64,000 nucleotides of DNA from Malacoraja senta (Eukaryota), in NCBI GenBank assembly GCA_038087875.1, contig CM075982.1, positions 59,768,001 to 59,832,000 of the forward strand, written 5' to 3'. Every line of letters starts with the position of its first letter. The first letter of the stretch is position 1. The notes below the pieces were generated by a model, which saw only the letters and a list, made by a program, of their open reading frames with translations, did no database searches and was not told where the DNA came from. Made by a program: the position numbers and the translations under genes. This document shows, piece after piece, positions 26,400 through 36,949 of the stretch.

Positions 26400-26925
26400 A
26401 ACAGATTTGTAGTTATAAACCACATAAACTGGCCTTTGGTCTCCCATGACCTTGCTGAACACCAAATATCCACCTAAACTAATACCATTTACCAGTACTT
26501 GGTCAGCGGTCTTCTATGTTTTGGCAACTTAAGTACTCAGCCAGATACTTTTTAAATAGTATGTGAGAGTAACCACCGCCATCATCTTCTCAGGTAATGC
26601 TGTCCAGATTCTATCCATTCGCTGGGTGAAAAATGTCTTCCTCGTATCCCCTTTAAATCTCATACAACTGCTACAGGGAAAATCTTGCACTATTTACCCT
26701 ATTTCTGACCCTCCTAATTTTGAATAGTGTCAGTTCAACCTTGCCTCCACCACTCTAAGGTAACCAAAGCCAGCCAATACAGTCTCTCCTCATAACTGAC
26801 ACTCCTCCATGTTAAGGAACATCCTAGTGAATCTACATCCTCTCCAGTGCAATTACCTTCTTCCTATCGTGTGGTGACCCAAACTGTTCTTGGTCCAGTA
26901 GCTGTGGCCTAACCTCTGTTCTAAA
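26400..26925 (-). mobile_element. Old CR1 LINE 3' fragment
   Basis: Reverse-complement similarity to CR1 3' ends. Confidence 0.55.
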
Positions 26926-27026
26926 GGGAATACATTGAACTGCAGATGCTGGTTAACAAACAAATACACAAAGTGCTTGAGTAACTTTGCCGGTCAGGCA
27001 GCATCTCTGGAGAACACGTTTCCTGT

Positions 27027-27164
27027 CTTCTTCTTACGGAGGGCGTGCACAGCCTAAAGCTGTAGGACAACTTGTTCTATTTGATCTTATTTGATTGTGC
27101 ACGCCGGGTTGATTGCATTCGTCGAAACAGGGCGGACCACGTGAAGGTTACAATCTTCCACCCC
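27027..27164 (-). mobile_element. 138-nt ribozyme-headed short retroposon (SINE/SIDE-like) with (AAG)n tail
   Basis: 11-bp TSD a(c/t)gtttcctgt at 27016-27026 and 27165-27175; 3' end CGTAAGAAGAAG; internal 10-bp stem GGCGTGCACA/TGTGCACGCC. Confidence 0.85.
27111..27164 (-). ncRNA. Minimal HDV-like (CPEB3-type) self-cleaving ribozyme
   Basis: GGGGUGG-AA-GAUUGUA-ACC-UUCACGU-GGU-CCGCCCU-G-UUUCGA-CGAA-UGCAAUC: 7-bp P1 with G1.U wobble, 7-bp P2, 3-bp P3, 7-nt L3, catalytic C in CGAA J4/2. Confidence 0.85.
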
Positions 27165-27303
27165 ATGTTTCCTGTGAAGACCCTTCTTCAGATTGATTGC
27201 GATGAGGGTGTGACACATTACATTAACAACATGGAGCTCACGGTCCATGGTTAGAGACCAACTTCGGGAGCGCCAAGCCGTGGGAGTTTCAACCACCTCG
27301 AGA

Positions 27304-29062
27304 GGTCCCATATAGGAGATAAGGTCCCACATAGGAGATTAGTGGGAAAAATTAGGGCACATGGTATTGGAGGTAGAGTGCTGACATGGATAGAGAAGTG
27401 GTTGGCAGACAGGAAACAAAGAGTAGGGATTAACGGGTCCCTTTCAGAATGGCAGGCAGTGACTAGTGGGGTACAGCAAGGCTCGGTGCTGGGACCGCAG
27501 CTATTTACAATATACATCAATGATTTGGATGAAGGGATTCAAAGTAACATTAGCAAATTTGCAGATGACACAAAGCTGGGTGGCAGTGTGAATTGTGAGG
27601 AGGATGCTATGAGAATGCAGGGTGACTTGGACAGGTTGGGGGAGTGGGCAGATGCATGGCAGATGAAGTTTAATGCGGATAAATGTGAGGTTATCTACTT
27701 TGGTAGCAAAAAGAGAAAGGCAGATTACCATCTAAATGGCGTCAAGTTGGGAAAAGGGGAAGTACAACGCAATCTGAGGGCCCTTGTACATCAGTCTATG
27801 AATGTAAGCATGCAGGTACAGCAGGCAGTGAAGAAAGCGAATGGCATGTTGGCCTTCATAACAAGAGGAATTGAATTATAGGAGCAAAGAGGTCCTTCTG
27901 CAGTTGTACAGAGCCCTAGTGAGACCACACCTGGAGTATTGTGTGCAGTTTTGGTCCCCTAATTTGAGGAAGGACATTCTTGCTATTGAGGGAGTGCAGC
28001 GTAGGTTTACAAGGTTAATTCCCGGGATGGCGGGACTGTCATATGCTGATCGAATGGAGCAGCTGGGCTTGTACACTCTGGAGTTTAAAAGGATGAGAGG
28101 AGATCTCATTGAAACAAAAAAGATTGTTAAGGGCTTGGACACACTGGAAGCAGGAAACATGTTCCCGATGTAGGGGGAGTCCAGAACCAGGGGCCACAGT
28201 TTAAGAATAAAGGCTCTGTCCCACGGGTTTGCGGTCATTGGCGGTGAAGCGCGGCGTCGCCGGAAGAGGGAACCACGAGAGCACCGCACGGCAACCACGA
28301 GAGCGCTGCACGGATGCTGCGCAGGGGCCGAGTACGGCCGGTTCCACGAGCTTGCGGCGTCGGGTGATGACGTCATCGCGCTACGCGATGACGTCTTTCG
28401 GATCGCGGGGCTGTGGCGGCGGCCGTGCCGCACACGTGCCTCACTGGCGGCGGTCGTGCCGCACATGTGCCTCACTGGCGGCGGCCGTGCCACACTGGCG
28501 AAGGCTGTGGCGGTGCAAGTTCGACGCACGGCGTTCGTGTCGCACTGGCGGCGGCTGTGGCGGTGACCGTGCCGCACTCGTGCCTCACTGGCGGCGGCTG
28601 TGCGGTAAGAACATATTTTTGGACAGTGTTGATTTTTTTTTAGCACCGTGCGGTGTTGGGAACAACGCCGCACGGCCCCGGAATTGTGCGTTTGACCGAG
28701 TCCGCGGTCTCTGGCGGTCCAGGAGCGGTAGATTCTTCCTGTTTCGCCGCCAATGACCGCAGACTCGTGAGACAGGCCTTTAAGGAGTAAGCCATTTAGA
28801 ACGGAGACGAGGAAACACTTTTTCTCACAGAGATTGGTGAGTCTGTGGAATTCTCTGTCTCAGAGGGCGGTGGAGGCAGGTTCTCTGGATGCTTTCAAGA
28901 GAGAGCTAGATAGGGCTCTTAAAAATAGCAGAGTCAGGGGATATGGGGAGAAGGCAGGAACGGGGTACTGATTGGGGATGATCAGCCATGATCACATTGA
29001 ATGGCGGTGCTGGCTCGAAGGGCCAAATGGCCTACTCCTGCACCTATTGTCTATTGTCTATT
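27304..29062 (+). mobile_element. CR1 LINE 3' portion (RT, 3' UTR, ctattgt tail)
   Basis: QGSVLGPQLFTIYINDL, KFADDTKL, LVRPHLEYCVQFW. Confidence 0.95.
28211..28780. mobile_element. PIF/Harbinger-like MITE inserted in CR1
   Basis: About 38-bp imperfect TIRs (AGGCTCTGTCCCAC.../...GTGAGACAGGCCTT), TAA TSD; CR1 sequence is continuous when it is removed. Confidence 0.8.
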
Positions 29063-29379
29063 GAGAGCTTCGATCGCCGGCTGCGGGAGGTTTGATCGTC
29101 CCGACTACGGATGGTTCGACTGCCCCAGGAGGAAAGAAGACAAGACATTATTGCCTTACATCACAGTGGGGGAATGGGGAGGAGCCGTTGTGGTGGATGT
29201 TTATGTCAAATTTTTATGTAGTTGTGTGCCTTGTTGCTTTTTTGGTATGACTAAATAACAAACCAAATTCCTCATATGTTGCAAAACATACTTGGCTAAT
29301 AAATTACGATTATGATTATGATAAAGTTAGAAGAAAGCCCAAGACCACAATAAATTGCCGAGCTGTGGATGCAGCCCAG

Positions 29380-29820
29380 TTCAGCTTTCTCCCCCTCCTA
29401 CTACATTCAGTCCTGATGGTATTACAATTTCAGTCACAGAGACTGACATCAGAAAATCCTTCAGGAGGGTGAACCCTCGGAAAGCATCTGGACCTGATGG
29501 TATACTTGGTCGCATTTTCAAAACCTGTACGGACCAACTGGTTGGAGTTTTTCTGGACATTTTCAACTTTTTGTTATTGAGGTCTGCGGTTCACACCTGC
29601 TTTAAAAGGGCATCAATAATACCAGTGCCCAAGAAGAGCAAGGTGACATACCCAATGATTACTGAGCAGCAGCATTAACATCCGTAGTCATGAAATGCTT
29701 TGAAAGGTTGGTTATGGCGCATATCAACTCCTACCTCAACAAGAAGCTGGACCCAGCACAATTTGCCTGTGGCCACAACAGGCCAACTGAGGATGCAATC
29801 TCGCTGGCTCTACACTCTAA
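29380..29820 (+). mobile_element. Rex1/Babar-like LINE RT fragment
   Basis: [32 protein letters not shown]. Confidence 0.8.
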
Positions 29821-30202
29821 ATCGGGGCAGGAGTTCTCCATTCAGTTCACTGCTATTTATTTGAATGTACCTCCTAGCAAACTTGTCTGCCTGCATAACA
29901 ACTGCAGTAACATTCTAAATTAACAGTGCACAAAGCACTTTGAAAAGTTTAGTTAAAACGAAACATGTAAATTTTTCTTGTGTCCATTTTTCCTCTTAGC
30001 CCATAATCTAAATTAAACCCAATGTGGTCTAAATTTTTTTAATTATTTTAGAGAATAAAACAAATCTTCAATCCCCACAATGTTAACTGCACTTGCCGAG
30101 TTAAGCTTTGTCAGACCATAAAATTACAGTAATTACAAACAGGTATTTATTTTAACTTCTGTCTAAATACAGTAAGATCCAAGCAGCCAGGGTATTTATT
30201 AC

Positions 30203-30343
30203 CTTTGCAGCCTCCAGCATTTCCTGTGTCTCATCCTGGGAGTGACTAATAAATACTTCTCCAATTTGGTACGGCACCAGCACAGCATCTTCATCAAGCA
30301 TCATGATATCATCGGATGCATCTTCTAAGTTCTGTAGCTGTTT
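30203..30343 (-). CDS. PFDN4: Prefoldin subunit 4, coding exon 3 (KQLQNLEDASDDIMMLDEDAVLVPYQIGEVFISHSQDETQEMLEAAK)
   Basis: 141 nt, AG/GT bounded, phase 0; PYQIGEVFISHSQ motif. Confidence 0.97.
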
Positions 30344-31274
30344 CTAATTTCATCACATAAAGGAGGATCAATTATATTTTTAAAAGCATGTACAATAATT
30401 GCTCATGCCAGAGTACTAAAGGTGTTAATGTATTTCCATGGTGGTTTATTTGCAATAAATTTGGTCCCAAAATGATTCGTTGACATTTAAGGAAGGCACA
30501 CCCGATTTTTATTTGCAAACTTACTAACGTGTTGGTAAACAATTAGAAAAATCTTCAGCTCAGGTTGTGCATTTGAATTACCATATTACTAGATATTTAC
30601 CCCCAAAACATTTATCTCCAAAACAAACCACCACTTTTATGTGATAAATTCGATGCATAGTCAAAGATGCGTTGAATTATTAACCATGGAATATTTAATC
30701 ATCTTTTCAACCTAGATGAGAATTGTGATCCTAACCTGGTATAGAAGAGGCAGAATCACAGAGGATTATTTTTTAAATAGTGCCAACACAAGGATTTTTT
30801 TTATTCCTCCCTATTCATTGCTCAAAAATCACCGTATAGCACCACTGACAACGGAGGCTGGATACAGATGTCAGACAGTGACACTTGCAACCTAGCACCA
30901 AGATGAATGATATTCTCGCATGTATATTGGACTGCCATTTGGTTGCTCGCTTCAATAAAACTCAACATTGCTGTACTATAACCAAAAGTCCAGGCATTGT
31001 TGCACATCTAATATTACCCTGCCCCCCCACCCCCCCCCCCCCCCTCCTGTACTGCTAGGCGTGGAGTTAAATATGGAAGATACAAAATTCCCACCTCAAC
31101 TTCGCGTGTTCTTTTCACTGTAATTTAATGACAGCAACCAATGTAATATCATTCACTCTTAAAAATGATCTTAGTTAGTACATTTGTGCCAAATAATAAA
31201 GATTCAATTTATGCATACAGGATAATATTTCAAACATTTTTAATTTGTTGAATGGAATGAAAGTTTGCTTTTAC

Positions 31275-31382
31275 CTTTTTCAGTTCTATTTCTTCCCGAA
31301 GTTCAATGAGCCTGTTATTATTTCTTGCAAATTTGTTAATTTTCTGTTGATCTTCAAAGGTAACATTAACATCTTCTACTGC
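31275..31382 (-). CDS. PFDN4: Prefoldin subunit 4, coding exon 2 (AVEDVNVTFEDQQKINKFARNNNRLIELREEIELKK)
   Basis: 108 nt, ctag acceptor and gtaa donor, phase 0; hallmark VNVTFEDQQKINKFAR. Confidence 0.97.
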
Positions 31383-32659
31383 CTAGAAGCAAAATATATG
31401 TTCATGGTTAATTTATACATACATTTCACTTAAAACAATGCTGCAGATTTAAGCACCCAGACAACTAAACTGCTTTACACAATATTTAGTGGGGAACATC
31501 TGACAAGTTGGATCTCAAGGCAAACTAATGAATCAACAAAAGTGTACATTTGCAGAATGCTGGATAGCTTATATCATCCCTCTGTGTTTGTGCTAGTATG
31601 AAACCATATCTAGTAAATGCTCTGCACAATGAGAGTTTAAAAAAACTAAAATTCTTTTTTTCTTTTTAATTACTGAAAAACTGGAGTCCCAAAAGCTTTC
31701 AATATTTCACGCCTGAGTAACTTCCACATACAATATGCATTGTTTTTACAGAGATTGTTTCTGGTGCGCACAGTGGAATGTCCAATTGCTCACTGCAAAT
31801 GAAAGGGACAGTTATTGGAAACGGAAAATTTACAGATGATGGAGAAATCCTTAAATCTTGGTCTTGCAGACAGCTAACAGCAACAGTTTCAGCATAGTAA
31901 TGAAGACAAAAGCAATTGCAATACAATTACAAATACCTGAAGTATAAATTCAATTGACTATTTCTTATGCAGAGACTAGATTATTTCAGTCAAGATGAGA
32001 ATGAGGTTTGCAAACTGCACAATTATGTGATGTTTTATGCAAGGTTTTATCTTAGAGAATGTAGAGGTGGATATTCAATAAGTTACAGAATTGTAAACAT
32101 GACAAATGATAATTCATTATTGCCTAACAACAAAGGAGGCCATTTGGTCATCAATCCATGCTAGCTATCAGAGCAATGCCATCAATCCCATTCCTGAATT
32201 TAGTCATTGGGTCATACTGCCCTTCAGACCCACTGAGTTACTCCAGCACTTTGTGTCCCCATTTGCCCGTGTTTGGCCCACTTATTTCCTGCAGCTTATT
32301 CTTTCTTAGATGTCCATCAACTCCCCTCGGATACTTCCACCACCCCAGCAGCACAAGTGGTAGGTTAAAATAGACGATTAAACTACTAACTAGCATGTCT
32401 GTGGCACAGGTAAGAAACCAGAACACCCAGAGGAAACCCACATAGCTGCAAGGAGAATAAATTCCACACTCAGGATCAAACCTCCATCACTGGTGCTGTG
32501 AGATAGCAGCATTACCTGTTGCACTACACCCAGAGATTTGGCCAAGCAGTTAAAAATTAAAGCTTTGCCATCTCAATATCAAGCCTTTACGCCTCTTTTA
32601 TTATAATTTTAATAAGACCAACCCATGCCACGAAAAGGGTATCACTAGCTAGGAAATTT

Positions 32660-32958
32660 TGTTTAGAGGTGCAGTGGGGAAACATGCCCTTCGGCCCACT
32701 GAGTCTGTGCTGACCAGCAATTCCCGCACACTAGTACTATCCTACAATATAAACACTAGGGACAGTTTACAAATTTTCATCGAATCCAAATTAACCTACA
32801 AACCTGTATGTCTTTGGAGTGTGGGAGGAAACTGGATCATCTGGGGAAAACTTACGCGGTCACAGGAGAACGTACAAATTCCATACACACAGCACCCGTA
32901 TTCAGGATCAAACCCAGCTCTCTGGTGCTGTAAGGCCATTGCGCCACCGTGTCGCCCC
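32660..32958 (-). mobile_element. HE1-like V-SINE
   Basis: Family similarity. Confidence 0.85.
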
Positions 32959-33017
32959 AATATAGACAGCCTGTAATTTTGAGGTTCAAAGGTTCTATCT
33001 ATATATGCTAAACAGTA

Positions 33018-33365
33018 CTGTGGCGCAGCGGTAGAGTTGCTGCATTACAACGCCAGAGACCCCCGATCCCGACGAGGGGTGCTCTCTGTACCGAGTTTGA
33101 TCCCGACTAAGGGTGTTCTCTGTACCGAGTTTGTACGTTCCCGTGACCCCGTGGGTTTTCTCCAAGATCTTCGGTTTCCTCCCATACTCTAAAGATGCAC
33201 AGGTTTGTAGGTTAACTGACTTGGTATAAATGTAAATTGTCCATAGTGTGTGTAGGATAGTGTTAGTATGCGGTGATCGCTGGTCGGCACAGACTCGGTG
33301 GGCCGAAGAGCCTGTTTCCGCGCTGTATCTCTAAACCTAAAACCCCAAAAACTAAAACTAAAAGT
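33018..33365 (+). mobile_element. HE1-like V-SINE with an internal ~34-bp tandem duplication
   Basis: Family similarity; gatcccgac..ctctgtaccgagtttg occurs twice. Confidence 0.85.
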
Positions 33366-34084
33366 AAATTCATCAGGAAACCTAGTTATTGAAAAAAATT
33401 GCACAATTCTAAAACTGAATAATTACCACAAAACAGGAGACCTTTCTAAAAGTTAGACAATGCATTGTGAAAACATTCAATAAGACACAAAATAAATCAC
33501 TTCTGTACTGGTTAATAACCTAAAATTCTTACAAATTCTTACAAATGTGGACTTGTCAATACTTCTGAGCCAGTGATAACATTCAGCACTGCACTCAGAA
33601 CCAAGGGCTTACATAACATTGATCTGGGACTTGGAAATGAAAAATTACATCCCAATTTCCAAGACAGCAGTCTCGAAGAACTATCTGTACCTTGTCTGGT
33701 AAAAATGTTCACTCATTGCATCTTGCCAGTGTGAATTTTCTCTTCTCTCCAACTAAACCCCAACCATTATCCACCTCCCCAATCACTTTCCTCCCCACGT
33801 TGTTGAAGCACAAGTTTACAATGTGTGATCCTCTTCACACATCCTGACAGAAAGTGTTACAGCTCTGGCAAGAGCCTTAAGGGAAGTTTATAAGGTAGAC
33901 CATGCAAAAATTATATTTTAACAAAAGTAATGATCTAAATGTTGCCTATTCTTGTCTCCGCTACAATTGCATCTGAAGTTGAATCCCATTGAATATATGA
34001 ATTTCACATTTTTATTCTTTGCTAAGAACAAATTTAAATCAGATTTTCTTTTAAATCTCTGCCATACTCACTCACAGAACATGG

Positions 34085-34358
34085 GTAGGCCATTTAGGAT
34101 TGAGATGAGAAAAAACTTTTTCACCCAGCGAGTTGTGAATCTGTGGAATTCTCTGCCACAGAAGGCAGTGGAGGTTAATTCATTGGATGTATTCAAGAGG
34201 GAGTTGGATATAGCTCTTAGGACTAACAGAATCAAAGAATATGGGGAGAAAGCAGGAATGGGGTACTGATTCTGAATGATCAGCCATAATCATATTGAAT
34301 GGTGGTGCTGGCTCGAAGGGCCAAATAGCCTGCTCCTGCACCTATTTTCTAAGTTTCT
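34085..34358 (+). mobile_element. CR1 3' fragment
   Basis: FFTQRVVNLWNSLP plus 3' UTR. Confidence 0.85.
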
Positions 34359-34384
34359 AATAAACCCCCCATTATTATTAACAA

Positions 34385-34590
34385 AAGAAAACTGCTGGAG
34401 GTATCCAGCGGGTTGGGCAGCATTTGTGGAATGAAATGGACAATGTTATGGGTCAGCACCCTTCAGTGTTGAAGAAGGGTCCAGATTGAAATGTCAGCCA
34501 TCCATTTCCCTCCACAAATGCTGCCTGATCTGTCGAGTTCCTCTAGCAATTTGATTTTTGCTCAAGATTTTGGATCAGCAGTCTCTTGCA
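34385..34590. mobile_element. Fold-back PLE-derived short element (older)
   Basis: Inverted arms around cccttcagtgttgaagaaggg. Confidence 0.6.
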
Positions 34591-35269
34591 TCCCCTTTTG
34601 TATGTCTGTAGAATATGGCAAGTTGTGTGAATTTAACTTCCCCACATTAGATACATAAAGACAGTTACTTAACAACCATGCTGTATCAGAAACTCAAATG
34701 TCAACTGTAAAATGCAAAACTTCATTTTGTATTCCAAGTCAATGAAAGCCATGTGAAACTCATCATGTGGTTAATACATTGTTGGCAGAGGTATATTAGG
34801 ACATACCATTTCCACAACACTATTGAGCTTTATGTTTCTGGGTGTGTGAATGAACAAGACATCTGAGAGTACATTGAACAACAGGATTGTTAGTGTATCA
34901 CTCCAAGTAATGAGATGCAAAGACTAAAATAATGAAGGTTAACTGAAGGATTAATATTGCAATGTTTAAGAAACATTTACACAGGTGCATGGAAAGGACA
35001 GATTTAGAGGAATATGCACCAAACACAGGCAGGTGGGACTAGTGTGGATGGGACATGTAGGTCGACGTGAGCAAGTTGGGCCGAAGGGCCTATTTCCACA
35101 CTGTATGACTCTTTGACTATGACCATATGAAAGTAGAAGTGAATTTGCGTAGTTGAAGTCAACAAGTTAGGATCATGAAAAATAAAGAAATACACAAATT
35201 TAAAGTTTTTTTTTTTTAATTCTGCAACACTTTGTCTTCTTTTGTAAACCAACATCTGCCTGTTCTTAT

Positions 35270-35670
35270 GTCTGACTACGAGTCTCTTTCATGATCCTAT
35301 TAGGTTCCACCATCTCACCTGGTAGCAAGTTCCAGGCACCTATGACAGTGAGAAAATATTGGCCTTGCTAATCTCCTTTCAACTTTCACGTCCCTTGCTA
35401 TGCTCTTCACTATTTGACAATTCAACCCGAGCAAAGCGATTCTATCTACCCTATCTATGGCACATATAAGTTTACATACTTCTATCAGCGTCTAATGCCC
35501 TAGAGAAAAACATCCAAATTTTCCCAACCTCGCCTATCGAATACCGACTAATAAAGGCAGCATCCTGGTGAACCTGTCCTGCACTCTCTCCAAAGCCTCC
35601 ATATCCTTCCTGTAATGTGGCGACCAAAACTGCACACACAAAACCTGACCTAATCAAAGTGTTATACAGC
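35270..35670 (-). mobile_element. Old CR1 fragment
   Basis: LYNTLIR, degenerate ORF2 C-terminus. Confidence 0.55.
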
Positions 35671-36949
35671 TGCACAGTTAATATTCCAGCTGTACAACTA
35701 ATGACGGTGAGCTGTACTGAAATGTCATTATTTTTCAACAATATCAGGGCAAGTGGCATTTAAATGCTTCACACCTATTTCAACAAACTGCAATTTTTGT
35801 ATGTGGCTCCTCTTCCATTTACTCATAAAATGCTGAGACTCACATTCCATTTCAGGCTCATCAGCAATTGACACCATGAAGTCCTACTTTAAATTCAACC
35901 TCTCACTTCCACCGGCAGCTACTGAGTACAAAACCTGTCATTTTGACAGCACAAATAATTTTTCCACAGCAGATGCTTCATTTAACATTGTAAATGGTTG
36001 AATCTGGGGGGAATTGATGGGAATGTGAGAAGATCAAAATGGAATTAGTGTAGGGTTAATGTTACTGGGTTGTTGATGGTTGGTGTGGACTTGCAGGGTT
36101 GACTATGACTCTGGCTCTGCGACTGCCCAATAATTTGCACCTCTCATTTTGTTTAAATTATTTTTATCATTTACACTGGCACACCATTTACTGTCAACCT
36201 ACATACTTCTGATTCATTATAGAGCTCCTGGACCTGAAGTCTGCAGACTCACAGGTAGATGCCTCTCTACAGCTTTAAAAAAAATGACATCCACTAGTAT
36301 TGCTAGGAACCTGGTGCTCCTGTAGGAATGAAATGGTGAATTCTCTGCAAAAATACTTAATGTGGAGTCACCTTCACTGCAATTTACAGAGTCTGCCGAC
36401 AAAGGCTAGAGTTGGGCAAACAGGGCAGACGATGCAGTTGCTTAGTACTGAGAGGTTGAGCTTGATGGCCTGATCAGCACCATGAATTGCTGGGGGCTAG
36501 TAGATTCTGGTCGACATGCTGACAGACAGCTAGCTAGTTTGGTTTATGGTCACGTGTATCAAGGTACAGTGAAAAGCATTTTTTGCGTGCTAACTAGTCA
36601 GCGGAAAAAACAGTTTATATACTGTAACTCTGACTCCAGAACAATTTGTGTGGATCAGTCACAAGGAAAGGTGCTCTTCCCAATGATTGCCTGTCTTTAT
36701 TCACAAAACTTTTCTTCAGTGAATACTGAGCTACTGGCACACCTTTCAGCAATGGCCCAGATTTTGTGGTGATTGCAAGCACGAGATTTTATTGAGTAAA
36801 TATGGTAGCAACATCCAGAAAATTCACTAGCAGTTACATATGGATATGTGCAAGTTATGATTCAAGTTACCCATACCTCTACAGCCAGCACCATATCAGC
36901 ACTTTAGAACTGATATGAACATGTGGTTGCAGTCTTTGCTAATGACATA

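Noticed and set aside
30344-30375. PFDN4 intron 2 as a U12 intron (weak pyrimidine tract, TCCTTTAT)
   Set aside because: Its donor is GTAAAA, a U2-type site
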